A program made the translations under genes and the position numbers. From positions 103,040-167,039 of the forward strand of contig CALGEC010000047.1 in NCBI GenBank assembly GCA_937881815.1: 64,000 nt of DNA, in the 5' to 3' direction. The notes below the pieces were generated by a model. It was not told the DNA's origin and searched no databases. It worked only from the letters and a program-made list of their open reading frames with translations. Of this stretch, positions 24,981 through 34,902 are shown in pieces. Position 1 is the stretch's first letter; each line of letters begins with the position of its first letter. Source of the stretch: an uncultured Bacteroidales bacterium (GTDB lineage Bacteria > Bacteroidota > Bacteroidia > Bacteroidales > P3).

Positions 24981-27755
24981 TTAGTGTGCTATTAGCCAAT
25001 TTTCTCCGTAATTTATGCTTACCTCTATCGGCACTTCCAATCGTAAAGCGTTAAGCATCTGTTGTTTTACTATTGATTTAACTGTTTCAAGTTCTGGTTT
25101 ATAGACATCAAATACTAATTCATCGTGAACTTGTAGTATCATTTTGGATTGCAAGTTTTGTTTTTCAAATTCTTTGTGAATATTTATCATTGCTATTTTT
25201 ATCATATCGGCACTACTTGCTTGTATCGGCATATTGACTGCATTGCGTTGTGCAAAGTTTCTTAGATTTGCATTTGCGGAATTTAAATCGGGTAAATAGC
25301 GTCTTCGTCCGCAAATGCTTTCTGCATATCCTCTTGTTGTGGCTGTTTCAATGCAAGTGGCAATGTATTGTTTTATTTGTGGATATGAGCAGAAGTATTG
25401 TTCTATTAGTTGTTGTGCTTCTTTTCTTGGTATGTGGAGTTGTTCTGATAGACCGAATGCTGATATTCCGTATATGATTCCGAAGTTTACACTCTTTGCA
25501 TTACGTCTCATTTCTGAGGTTATGTCTTGTGGAGGTTGCATATAGATTCGTGAAGCGGTGGAAAGGTGTATGTCTTCTCCTGATTGAAAGGCTTGACATA
25601 AAGCAGGGTCTTTGCTAAGTGAGGCTATTATCCTTAATTCTATTTGAGAGTAATCGGCCGCTAAAAGAGTGTGTTCTTCATCTTGCGGAATGAAACAAGA
25701 ACGAATTTGTTTTCCTAATTCTGTTCTTATAGGTATGTTTTGTAAATTAGGGTTTTCTGAGGCTAATCTGCCGGTTGAGGTTGTAGCTTGTTTGTAATTT
25801 GTGTGAATTTTGCCTGTTTTTTTATTTACTATCTCAGGAAGTGCATCTACGTAGGTGCTTTTTAGTTTGGTAAGGGAGCGATATTCTAATATAAGTGGTA
25901 TGATTGCGTGTTGGTTTATTAGTTTTTGCAATACGTCTTCGGAGGTTGAGTATTGTTTTGTTTGTGTTTTTTTGATTTTTTTGTCGGCTGAGATTTGTAA
26001 TTCATCAAAGAGTATTGTACCTAATTGTTTTGGAGAAGAGATATTAAATTCTCGGCCTGCTAATTGATATATTCGTTGTTCTAATTCTTGTTTTTGTTCT
26101 TGTAGTAATTGAGAAAAATTATATAATTGATTAGTATCTATTTTTACTCCTTGTCTTTCCATTGAAAGTAAAACATCTACAAGTGGCATTTCTATATTGG
26201 TGAAAAGTTCTAATAGATTGTTTTTTCTTAATTCTTCTTCTAAGATTGGTTTTAAAGCGAAGGTAATGTCGGCATCTTCAACGGCATATTCGGTTAATAG
26301 TTCAAGGTTTATTTTGTCTATTGAAAATGGTGGTTTTGTGTTTTTTCCAAAGACTGTTTCAAAGTCTATCATTGTGTATTCTAAGTATTTTTCACTTAAA
26401 ATATCTAATTTATGACGCGATTCAGGATCTATGAGGTAGTGGGCTAAGAGTGTGTCAAATGTTTTGCCTTTTACTTGTATGCCGTAATTGAGTAGGACGT
26501 TTTTATCAAACTTTATATTATGTGCTACTTTCTCTATTGTTTCGCTTTCAAAGAGTGGCTTAATTATTTCTAAGAATTGTTTTTCTAATTCTTTGTTTTG
26601 TGGAATTAAAACAAAGAATCCTTTTTTTGTTTGACTGACTAAGGAAATTCCTAATAATTGACAGTCTATTTCTAAGCCTGTTGTTTCGGTGTCAAAGGCT
26701 ATAAGAGGTTCTTGAAGCAAGGTGTTTACTACGTCTTTTAATGCTTCAACGGTTTTAATTGTAGTATAGGTATGTGGAACCTCTTTATAGGTTGGATAGG
26801 TTGAAAGATTGAAAAGGGTAGGCTCTGAGGTAGGAGAGGTAAACAAGTCTATTGTTGGCGGAGTGTAGGTGTTTTGATAGTGAGTGTTGAATCTTTTTGC
26901 AAATGTATTAAATTCTAATTCGTTAAAGATTTGATTGCAGGCTTCAAAATTTGGTTGAGAGAGCGATAATTCTTCTTCGTTTAGTTCAATTGGCACATTG
27001 GTTATTATTGTTGCTAATTGTTTGCTTTGAATTGCAAGGTCTTTGTTTTCTTCTATTGCTTTACGGATAGACTTACTTTCGATTTTGTCGCTATTCTCTA
27101 ATATGTTTTCTATACTTGAAAATTGTTGAATTAGAGCTTTTGCTTTTTTTTCTCCTATTGATGGAACTCCTGGAATATTGTCAGAACTATCGCCCCAAAG
27201 TCCTAATATGTCTATTACTTGTGAGGGAGTTGTTATTTCAAAGCGTTGTAATACTTCTTCTACTCCCCATATTTCGTTTGGATTTGCGCCTCTTCCAAGT
27301 TTTAGCATTTTAATATTTTCTTCTACTAATTGCGCATAGTCTTTGTCGGGCGTTACCATAAAAACTTCATAGCCTTTGTTTACTGCTTTTTTTGCAAGAG
27401 TGCCTATTACGTCATCTGCTTCATAGCCTTCTTTACAAAGAAGGGGTATGTTCATTGCTTGAATTATGTTTTTTATATATGGTATGGATTCTCTTATTTC
27501 CTCAGGCATTGCTTGACGATTTGCTTTGTATTGTTCAAACTGAACGTGTCGGAAGGTTGGTCCTTGCAAGTCAAAGGCTATTCCAAGATGTGAGGGATTA
27601 TATTGTTTTATTATGTCTAATAATGTGTTGCAAAATCCTAAAATTGCTGAGACATTAAGTCCTTTTGTAGTGATTCGTGGGTTTTTATTTAATGCATAAA
27701 AGGCTCTATATATTACAGCCATTGCATCTATTAGGTAAAGTGTCTTTTTATTCAT
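24981..27755 (-). CDS. polA: DNA polymerase I
   Basis: 924 aa. 5' nuclease domain (LYLIDAMAVIYRAFYA, GDSSDNIPGVP), 3'-5' exonuclease (FDTETTGL), and polymerase motifs (DYSQIELR, RRNAKSVNFGIIYG, QVHDELVF). Confidence 0.97.
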   Translation of the reverse strand: MNKKTLYLIDAMAVIYRAFYALNKNPRITTKGLNVSAILGFCNTLLDIIKQYNPSHLGIAFDLQGPTFRHVQFEQYKANRQAMPEEIRESIPYIKNIIQAMNIPLLCKEGYEADDVIGTLAKKAVNKGYEVFMVTPDKDYAQLVEENIKMLKLGRGANPNEIWGVEEVLQRFEITTPSQVIDILGLWGDSSDNIPGVPSIGEKKAKALIQQFSSIENILENSDKIESKSIRKAIEENKDLAIQSKQLATIITNVPIELNEEELSLSQPNFEACNQIFNELEFNTFAKRFNTHYQNTYTPPTIDLFTSPTSEPTLFNLSTYPTYKEVPHTYTTIKTVEALKDVVNTLLQEPLIAFDTETTGLEIDCQLLGISLVSQTKKGFFVLIPQNKELEKQFLEIIKPLFESETIEKVAHNIKFDKNVLLNYGIQVKGKTFDTLLAHYLIDPESRHKLDILSEKYLEYTMIDFETVFGKNTKPPFSIDKINLELLTEYAVEDADITFALKPILEEELRKNNLLELFTNIEMPLVDVLLSMERQGVKIDTNQLYNFSQLLQEQKQELEQRIYQLAGREFNISSPKQLGTILFDELQISADKKIKKTQTKQYSTSEDVLQKLINQHAIIPLILEYRSLTKLKSTYVDALPEIVNKKTGKIHTNYKQATTSTGRLASENPNLQNIPIRTELGKQIRSCFIPQDEEHTLLAADYSQIELRIIASLSKDPALCQAFQSGEDIHLSTASRIYMQPPQDITSEMRRNAKSVNFGIIYGISAFGLSEQLHIPRKEAQQLIEQYFCSYPQIKQYIATCIETATTRGYAESICGRRRYLPDLNSANANLRNFAQRNAVNMPIQASSADMIKIAMINIHKEFEKQNLQSKMILQVHDELVFDVYKPELETVKSIVKQQMLNALRLEVPIEVSINYGENWLIAH

Positions 27756-27773
27756 TGTTTTATTTTTTTTCTA

Positions 27774-27804
27774 CAAAAATAAAACTTTTATGTTTAGAAA
27801 CAAA
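27774..27804 (-). promoter_or_regulatory. full Bacteroidota promoter TTTG-N19-TATTTTTG upstream of polA
   Basis: Plus strand caaaaata (27774-27781) and caaa (27801-27804), with a 19-nt spacer. 18 nt lie between the box and ATG 27755. Confidence 0.6.
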
Positions 27805-27840
27805 AAAACGCCCCTTCTTAATTTAAAAAGGGACGTTTTT
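27805..27840 (-). terminator. rho-independent terminator after tnaA
   Basis: aaaaacgcccctt / loop / aagggacgttttt (one mismatch), 22 nt beyond the tnaA stop. A U-tract follows on the minus strand. Confidence 0.7.
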
Positions 27841-27861
27841 GGTTTTATTGTTATTTATTTT

Positions 27862-29235
27862 TTACAATCTTTCTAATTGTACAGTAAAGTGACGCATCAA
27901 TTCTGCTTCCCAAGTGATTTTTACTCCTCTTGTTATTTCGTTTCTTCTATCGTAAACGTTCTTTAAAGCAGCTGCTATAACGTCCATGTGATTGTTTGTG
28001 TAAACTCTTCTAGGGATACATAAACGAACGAAGTCTAATCCACCGAAACGGTTTTCTCTTGTAACAGGGTCTCTATCTGCTAAGATATATCCTATTTCGC
28101 AACCACGGATACCTGCTTCTAAGTAAAGTTCACAAGTCAATGTTTGAGCAGGGAACTCTTCTTTTGGTACGTTTGTAAGGATTTTATCAGCATCTACGAA
28201 GATTGCGTGTCCTCCAACAGGGCGTTGGTAAGGTATTCCATATTCGTCTAATTTTGCTGCTAAGTATTGTACTTGACGGATACGTGTGTCAAGGTTGTCA
28301 AATTCTGTGTTTTCGTCTAATCCTACTGCTAAAGCATCCATATCTCTTCCGTTCATACCTCCGTATGTAAGGAATCCTTCAAAAGGTATACAGAATAATT
28401 TAGCTCCTTCGTACCATTCTTTTTTACGTGTTGCAATGAATCCTCCCATGTTAACGATACCGTCTTTCTTTGCTGACATTGTCATACCGTCTGCGTATGA
28501 GAACATTTCTTTTGCAATTTCTTTTATTGTTTTGTTTGCGTATCCTTCTTCACGTGTTTTGATAAAGTATGCGTTTTCTGCAAAACGTGCTGAGTCAAGT
28601 ATAACTGGTTTGTTATATTTGTTTGCAACTTCTCTTACTTCACGAAGATTTTGCATTGAAACTGGTTGTCCCCCTGCTGTGTTGTTTGTTACTGTAACTA
28701 TAATGAAAGGGATTTTATCTGCATTTTCTGCTAACGCTTTTTCCAATTTCTTTGGATCTACATTTCCTTTAAAAGGTATTTCTAATTGTGTGTTTTTTGC
28801 TTCATCTATTGTGCAATCTAATGCAGTTGCTTTACGGCTTTCAATGTGTCCTTTTGTTGTATCGAAGTGAGAGTTGCCTGGTATAATATCTCCTTGTTTT
28901 ACTAAGTGAGAAAATAATACGTTTTCTGCTGCACGTCCTTGGTGTGTTGGTATAACATATTCAAATCCTGTGATTGCAGTGATAGTATCTTTCAAACGGA
29001 AGAAGCTACTTGCTCCTGCGTATGATTCATCTCCCATCATCATTGCTGCCCATTGACGATCTGACATTGAGCCTGTACCAGAGTCTGTAATACAATCTAT
29101 GTATACGTGTTCTGATTTAAGCATGAAAACATTGTTCTTTGCTTCTTTAAGCCATTGTTCACGTTCTTCTCGTGTAGATTTTCTAATTGGTTCTACCATT
29201 TTAATCTTCCACGATTCTGCAAAAGGTAATTCCAT
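27862..29235 (-). CDS. tnaA: tryptophanase (beta-eliminating lyase family; tyrosine phenol-lyase not fully excluded)
   Basis: 457 aa and collinear with TnaA. DSARFAENAYFIK is identical to the E. coli TnaA segment (TPL has DATRCVENAYFIK). The SAKKD PLP-lysine motif is present. Confidence 0.85.
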   Translation of the reverse strand: MELPFAESWKIKMVEPIRKSTREEREQWLKEAKNNVFMLKSEHVYIDCITDSGTGSMSDRQWAAMMMGDESYAGASSFFRLKDTITAITGFEYVIPTHQGRAAENVLFSHLVKQGDIIPGNSHFDTTKGHIESRKATALDCTIDEAKNTQLEIPFKGNVDPKKLEKALAENADKIPFIIVTVTNNTAGGQPVSMQNLREVREVANKYNKPVILDSARFAENAYFIKTREEGYANKTIKEIAKEMFSYADGMTMSAKKDGIVNMGGFIATRKKEWYEGAKLFCIPFEGFLTYGGMNGRDMDALAVGLDENTEFDNLDTRIRQVQYLAAKLDEYGIPYQRPVGGHAIFVDADKILTNVPKEEFPAQTLTCELYLEAGIRGCEIGYILADRDPVTRENRFGGLDFVRLCIPRRVYTNNHMDVIAAALKNVYDRRNEITRGVKITWEAELMRHFTVQLERL

Positions 29236-29295
29236 ATTCTATTATTTTTTATTTGTTTATATATTTCTTGTTGCTTGCCAACTTATTATTGTCTG

Positions 29296-29326
29296 CAAAG
29301 TTAGACATTTTATTTCAAACAGCAAA
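29296..29326 (-). promoter_or_regulatory. full Bacteroidota promoter TTTG-N19-TAACTTTG upstream of tnaA
   Basis: Plus strand caaagtta (29296-29303) and caaa (29323-29326), with a 19-nt spacer. 60 nt lie between the box and ATG 29235. Confidence 0.6.
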
Positions 29327-29332
29327 ATATTC

Positions 29333-30319
29333 TTAATTTTGAGCTATAAACGTCCCTATTTGAACGTTTGAATCTGAAATAAATTTTAAAAAGGGGGATT
29401 TTTCTTGCAAAATCTTTCTGTTTACTCCATTATATCCTATTGCATAATTGATTTCTCTCGGATTAACTGAGATTATTTTTGTATCAGCAGGTATTTTTTC
29501 TAATTTTTCTTGCCAAAGTTTTGTCAATACAAGTTCTTTGAAAGATACATGAAAAGGGCCTGCTAATAATTGTTCTCCTTTTATTAGCGCTTCTGAAGGG
29601 TGCAGACCTACTCGTAAAATTGTTATGTCTGTTTGTGAAAATATCTTGTATATCTCCGCCGTCCATTCAACTGCTTCTTCAAGTGAGAGTGCTTTGTATT
29701 GACCTGCTCGATATAAATCTGCTAAATCGGTGTTGTTTATTACAAGCGTAGGATATATTCTAGTGCTTTCCGCCCCTAATTCTAAGATTTTTTTCGCTGT
29801 TTCTTTGGATCTTTCAACTGAATCTAAGGGTAAACCAATCATCATTTGAAGTCCAAGCGAAAATCCATAGTCTTTTATAAGGCGTGATGCATTTTCTACA
29901 TCTTTTACGGTGTGACCACGCTTTGCAAAGGCTAATACTTCTTCGTTTAAGGATTGTGCCCCTAATTCTATGTCACGAACGTTGTATTGTTTTAATATAT
30001 CTAAAATTTTTTCATTTATGTAATCGGGACGAGTGGAAATTCTTATGCTCTTTATTTCTCCTTTTTCAATATAGGGTTGAACTATTTTGAGATATGTTAT
30101 CATATCTTTTTCGTCAATCCCTGTAAAACTCCCTCCAAAGAAAGCAAGTTCTACATAAGATGGGCGAATAAATGTAGATAGGTGTTGTTCTATAATTTGT
30201 TCTATTTCTTCTGGTTTTACAGCTTGTAGTTGTCCGGATATATGTCGTTGATTACAATATATACATCTGTTTGGACAAGCTAATTCTGGTATAAAGACAG
30301 GTATGTTATAATGTTTCAT
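29333..30319 (-). CDS. radical SAM protein (ELP3-like core, no acetyltransferase domain), function unknown
   Basis: 328 aa. CPNRCIYC CxxxCxxC cluster motif near the N-terminus and a TIM-barrel-like remainder. Confidence 0.8.
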   Translation of the reverse strand: MKHYNIPVFIPELACPNRCIYCNQRHISGQLQAVKPEEIEQIIEQHLSTFIRPSYVELAFFGGSFTGIDEKDMITYLKIVQPYIEKGEIKSIRISTRPDYINEKILDILKQYNVRDIELGAQSLNEEVLAFAKRGHTVKDVENASRLIKDYGFSLGLQMMIGLPLDSVERSKETAKKILELGAESTRIYPTLVINNTDLADLYRAGQYKALSLEEAVEWTAEIYKIFSQTDITILRVGLHPSEALIKGEQLLAGPFHVSFKELVLTKLWQEKLEKIPADTKIISVNPREINYAIGYNGVNRKILQEKSPFLKFISDSNVQIGTFIAQN

Positions 30320-30331
30320 AAAGTTTAAACA

Positions 30332-32758
30332 TTACTTTTCTATTTGTTCATTGTCAAAATAACCATATCCGTAGCCATATCCATAATACCCTTTATCGTA
30401 TCTTGCTCCATATCCGTACTTTTGTGCTACTTTTTTAATGTCATTGAAAACAAAATGAACTTTTACATCATTTCTATCTATCAATTCTGCAAGTGATATT
30501 TTGAATGCGGCTTTATTCGTTTGCTCGGACCTTACTACAAATAAATTAATATCGCTTTCTTTTGCCAAACATTGTGCATCAGCAATAAGGTTAACTGGAG
30601 GAGTGTCTAATATGATATAATCGTAACGCTTTCTTAGTTCTTTTATCAACGCTCTATTTTTATCAGAATCTATCAACTCAGATGGGTTTGGCGGAACAGG
30701 TCCTGCTACTAATACGTCAAAATTATTAAACTCTGTTGCTTGCAAAACATCATCTAATTCATAGCGTCCTACCATATATGATGTTAATCCATGTGTAGCA
30801 TTTAATCCAAAAATTTTATGAAGAGAAGGTTTTCTTAAATCATACCCTATTAGAAGCGTTTTTTTACCAGAAATAGCAAATATAGATGCTAAATTAACAC
30901 TTATTAAACTTTTCCCCTCGTTTGGTAATGAAGATGTAATAAGTATTACTTTACCTTCATTCGTTTCTTCGTTTCCTAATATATATTTTATATTGGTTCT
31001 TAATGAACGAAAAGTCTCGGAAATTTGACTTCTTGGTTTGTCAAATACTACTAATCTATTAGAATCTGCAGGAAAGTTTGGTATAAATCCCACAATTGGT
31101 GAAGAAGATAATTTTTCAAGATCATCTTTACTATCAATAGTATTCTTCGTGAAATATCTTAATGAAATATATGCTACAGGAATAGCTATACCTATTATTA
31201 AAGCTAAAAGAAAGTTAGTTGCTGTTTTAGGATACACTTGTGTTGCAAAGCGAGCTTTGTCTATTACTTTATGATCGGGTAATGCTGCATTCTTTGCAAT
31301 TTCTGCTTCAGCCCTCTTAGTATAAAGGAAATTATATATTTCGTCATTATATTTAAATTGACGCTCTATATTTATCATATTTCTATGAGTAGTTGGCAAC
31401 TGATCGATCTCTAATTGAAGAGCATGTTGTTGTCTATTAAGTTCGTTTTCATTGATTTGCGATACCTCTTGTATATTTTTCAAACTTTCTTTTATTTGAT
31501 TCCTAAGTGTTTCCATTTGTCCTAGCAGTTCTTTCATTTTAGGAGATTGAGGAGTGAGATTTGTTGATAGTCTTTGTTTTTCAAGGATTAAATCTGTTAA
31601 AGATACTACTAACTTACTTAGTAAAGGGTCATCTACTCCCATTGTAGAAGGAGCAACAAGTCCATCGTTTAAATCTGTTTGATTTATATAATTTGTTAAA
31701 TAATCATAATAAGCTTTTTTTGTAGTTTCTTCAGCTCTTTTTGTTTCAAACTCATTAGCTTTTTCAAATAAATATTCTACATCATTTGTAAGATTAAATG
31801 TATTGTTATTTTGTTGAAAAGCTTCCTTACGCGCTTCTGCTAATGTTAAAGAGTCTGTAATAGCATCTATTTGAGAATTGACAAAGTCTATTGTTGCAAC
31901 ATTTAAGTGATTTTTCTCTTCAAATGTCATATCAATATAAACCTCACATAATTTGTTGACAAAATCTGTTGCTTTATTCTTATTTGGATTTTTAAATTTA
32001 ATAGATATAATAGATGATTCTTTATTTATTAATTCTATTTCTGTAGAATTAAATGCATTAGCTAATGCATCCATATCATTGATCTTAAATCTATATTTAA
32101 TATTTGCAAGTTTATCTTCCCAATTATTTGGATCCTTCAAAAGTATTTTAAACTTCATACCATCTTTAATATACCATTGCCCATATCTAATAATTGTTCG
32201 AGAAGGTGCAATATCCCTAAATTCTGACAATACCTTATCTTGTATGTAGTCATAGACCGGAACATTTTTCTGCTCTTCATAAGCAACAAGACATTTATTC
32301 TTATCTATTAGCTCTATATCAATAGGTATTCCTGTAGGCTGTGTATTATAATAATCTAAGACTATTTCAAATGGAGATTCTTTGTAGATATCTTCATATT
32401 TAAAACTGCTTTTCTTGAAATAATCAACATATAAATCAAGTGATTTTATAGTTCTTTTTACCATTGAAACAGATTGTATGGTACCTATTTCATTTTGAAA
32501 ATTAACAATATCTTGATTATAAAAGTTAAAGCCAAAATTACCTGATAAATTAGACATCATATTATTGTTGCTTTTTATCAGTAAAGTTGTTTTAGCTTCA
32601 TATAAGGGAGTAGAATATTTTGTTATAAATATACATACAATTACCGCGACAACAATTGCTATTGCAAACAAATGCCACTTTTCTAACATTTTATATAGTA
32701 ATTCCATTACATTAATGGAATTACTATCTTCTTCTCTCCATTGTTTTTCTTCATTCAT
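30332..32758 (-). CDS. polysaccharide biosynthesis tyrosine autokinase (Wzc/GumC-like co-polymerase plus BY-kinase)
   Basis: 808 aa. Wzz-type N-terminus with two TM segments flanking a long coiled-coil periplasmic domain. Walker A LITSSLPNEGKS, Walker B YDYIILDTPP, and a C-terminal Tyr cluster YGYGARYDKGYYGYGYGYGYF. Confidence 0.85.
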   Translation of the reverse strand: MNEEKQWREEDSNSINVMELLYKMLEKWHLFAIAIVVAVIVCIFITKYSTPLYEAKTTLLIKSNNNMMSNLSGNFGFNFYNQDIVNFQNEIGTIQSVSMVKRTIKSLDLYVDYFKKSSFKYEDIYKESPFEIVLDYYNTQPTGIPIDIELIDKNKCLVAYEEQKNVPVYDYIQDKVLSEFRDIAPSRTIIRYGQWYIKDGMKFKILLKDPNNWEDKLANIKYRFKINDMDALANAFNSTEIELINKESSIISIKFKNPNKNKATDFVNKLCEVYIDMTFEEKNHLNVATIDFVNSQIDAITDSLTLAEARKEAFQQNNNTFNLTNDVEYLFEKANEFETKRAEETTKKAYYDYLTNYINQTDLNDGLVAPSTMGVDDPLLSKLVVSLTDLILEKQRLSTNLTPQSPKMKELLGQMETLRNQIKESLKNIQEVSQINENELNRQQHALQLEIDQLPTTHRNMINIERQFKYNDEIYNFLYTKRAEAEIAKNAALPDHKVIDKARFATQVYPKTATNFLLALIIGIAIPVAYISLRYFTKNTIDSKDDLEKLSSSPIVGFIPNFPADSNRLVVFDKPRSQISETFRSLRTNIKYILGNEETNEGKVILITSSLPNEGKSLISVNLASIFAISGKKTLLIGYDLRKPSLHKIFGLNATHGLTSYMVGRYELDDVLQATEFNNFDVLVAGPVPPNPSELIDSDKNRALIKELRKRYDYIILDTPPVNLIADAQCLAKESDINLFVVRSEQTNKAAFKISLAELIDRNDVKVHFVFNDIKKVAQKYGYGARYDKGYYGYGYGYGYFDNEQIEK

Positions 32759-32760
32759 TT

Positions 32761-33564
32761 TTATTTACTATTTAATGACAATATCCATGAAAATATTGAA
32801 ATAACAGAAGTTAATACAACTAATGAATTGGATATAGTAGTCAATGGAATATTTAAAGTAGATAAGGCTTTCGTATTTTTATTCGGTTCTACATATACTA
32901 CATCTCCCGGTTGCAAATACATATTTTTATCTTGCAATATTTCTACATTTCTTAAATCTATAGTATAAATAACATCTTCTGATATTGTTTTTCTTACTAT
33001 TTTAATTTTTTCTCTATTTCCATAATATGTCAAATCTCCTGCAGCCGCTAACAGCTCAAATAAACTCACACAAGGCTGATAAAAAGTATATGTACCTGGT
33101 CTATTTACTTCGCCAAGTATTGATATTTTGTAATTTACCATCTTGCAACTCACAACTGCACCTTGAACATATTTATCTACTTTTTCTTGGATCGCACTTT
33201 GAGCTTGTTCTACCGTCAATCCTTCTATCATTACCTTACCAACAACTGGCAAATTTATTTCACCATTTTTATCTATGACATAACTATTTAAATATATAGT
33301 GTTATCACTTTGAGTATATCTACTCTCTTTTGAAGAGAACATTCTTGTTGTTTCTTCATTATGAGTAATAATATCTATATACAACATATCTTCTTTCGCC
33401 AAATAATAACTAGGAGCGAAATTTGGATTTTCTCCCTCGTAATTATGTTTATAAATATCTTGTAATTCTGATGATTGGAGATAAATTAAATTCTTCTGTG
33501 AAGTACATGAAGTCAATACTATAACAATAAAACTTAATATTAATAAGCATCTTTTCTTTTTCAT
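32761..33564 (-). CDS. polysaccharide export protein (Wza-like: Poly_export plus SLBB)
   Basis: 267 aa. Lipoprotein signal (LTSCTS); PAPSYYLAKEDMLYIDI and INLPVVGKVMIEGLTVEQAQ motifs. Its stop is 2 nt upstream of the start of the kinase gene. Confidence 0.8.
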   Translation of the reverse strand: MKKKRCLLILSFIVIVLTSCTSQKNLIYLQSSELQDIYKHNYEGENPNFAPSYYLAKEDMLYIDIITHNEETTRMFSSKESRYTQSDNTIYLNSYVIDKNGEINLPVVGKVMIEGLTVEQAQSAIQEKVDKYVQGAVVSCKMVNYKISILGEVNRPGTYTFYQPCVSLFELLAAAGDLTYYGNREKIKIVRKTISEDVIYTIDLRNVEILQDKNMYLQPGDVVYVEPNKNTKALSTLNIPLTTISNSLVVLTSVISIFSWILSLNSK

Positions 33565-33579
33565 GAGGCTATCTTTTAA

Positions 33580-34902
33580 TTACAAACTCTCTCCAAATAA
33601 AGTAGCAGAAGTGCACGAAGTAACTTTTACTTTTACATAATCTCCTATTTTAAAATCTTTCTTATCAAAAATTATTACTTTATTTTGAGAATTTCTTCCA
33701 AATAATTGTTCTTTACTTCGCTTACTTTCGCCCTCTATTAATACCTCAAAAATTTTTCCAATATCTTTTTGATTACTTTCAAGAGATAATTTTCGTTGTA
33801 AGTCAATTATTTCTTCTAATCTTCGTGTCTTTTCTTCATAAGCAATATCATCTGCATATTTTTTTGCGGCCAAAGTATTAGAACGTTGAGAATAATTGAA
33901 CATAAAGGCAGAATCGTAACCAACCCAACGCATCATATCCAATGTGTCTTGGTGATCTTCTATTGTTTCTGTACAAAATCCTGCTATAATATCTGTTGAA
34001 ATACCACAATCCTTTATAGTATTCTTTATAGCAGTGATTTTATTCATATAATCCTCCCTTGTATACTTTCTATTCATTAGCTTTAACATCCTAGTACTAC
34101 CTGATTGTAAAGGAAGATGAATAAACTTACAAATGTTATCATATTTAGCAATAGTGTCTAAAAGTTCTTGTGAAATATCTTTAGGATGTGAAGTTGAAAA
34201 TCTTATTCTTAATAAAGGACTTACTTGAGCAACCAAAGCCATTAATTTAGCAAAATTTATTTCATCTTCTTGCCCTTTATTCCAAATATAAGAATTTACA
34301 TTCTGTCCTAAAAGAGTAACTTCTCTATATCCTTTATTAAATAAATCTTGTGCTTCTGCAATAATAGTTTGTGGATCCCTACTACGTTCTCTTCCTCTTG
34401 TGTAAGGCACTACACAATAAGAACAGAAATTTTCACAACCTCTCATTATAGAGATAAAAGCTGTTACACCATTTGTTTCTAATTTTACAGGAGTAATATC
34501 TGCATAAGTTTCTTCTTCTGAAAGTATTGCAGATATATACGATTGTTTATTTTTCTCTACATTCTTCAACAATGTAGGTACATCTCTATAAGAATCTGGC
34601 CCAACAACTATATCAACTCTATTCTCTTCAATTAATTGATTTTGTAATCGTTCTGCCATACAACCCAAAACGCCAACTCTAAGCCAACTTTTCTTCTTTT
34701 TAAGATAGTCAAACTCTGTTAAACGTTTTTTTACTCTTTGTTCTGCATTTTCTCTTATAGAACAAGTATTAACCAATATCAAATCAGCTTCAGCAATATC
34801 AGTAGTCATTTCATAATTATCGCTTTTCAATATAGCTGCTACTACTTCGCTATCAGCTTGATTCATTTGACAACCATAGGTTTCTATATATGCTTTCTTC
34901 AT
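33580..34902 (-). CDS. miaB: tRNA-2-methylthio-N6-dimethylallyladenosine synthase
   Basis: 440 aa. UPF0004 N-domain (YIETYGCQMN), radical SAM CENFCSYCVVP, and a C-terminal TRAM domain. Confidence 0.9.
   Translation of the reverse strand: MKKAYIETYGCQMNQADSEVVAAILKSDNYEMTTDIAEADLILVNTCSIRENAEQRVKKRLTEFDYLKKKKSWLRVGVLGCMAERLQNQLIEENRVDIVVGPDSYRDVPTLLKNVEKNKQSYISAILSEEETYADITPVKLETNGVTAFISIMRGCENFCSYCVVPYTRGRERSRDPQTIIAEAQDLFNKGYREVTLLGQNVNSYIWNKGQEDEINFAKLMALVAQVSPLLRIRFSTSHPKDISQELLDTIAKYDNICKFIHLPLQSGSTRMLKLMNRKYTREDYMNKITAIKNTIKDCGISTDIIAGFCTETIEDHQDTLDMMRWVGYDSAFMFNYSQRSNTLAAKKYADDIAYEEKTRRLEEIIDLQRKLSLESNQKDIGKIFEVLIEGESKRSKEQLFGRNSQNKVIIFDKKDFKIGDYVKVKVTSCTSATLFGESL

Noticed and set aside
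28286-28870. 194-aa plus-strand ORF entirely antisense to tnaA. This is strikingly long for an AT-rich genome, where stop codons should be frequent.
   Set aside because: The product is S/F/L/A-rich with no recognisable motif, has no promoter box or plausible start context, and lies opposite a strongly conserved, codon-biased gene. Such shadow ORFs arise from codon and codon-pair bias of the sense gene. It would need Ribo-seq evidence to be taken seriously.
30356-30420. ccatatcc/gtagccatatcc short tandem DNA repeats at the 3' end of the Wzc-like gene, considered as a phase-variable microsatellite.
   Set aside because: It encodes the C-terminal tyrosine cluster (YGYGYGYGY) that is the normal autophosphorylation tail of BY-kinases. 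The repeat units are imperfect at the DNA level.
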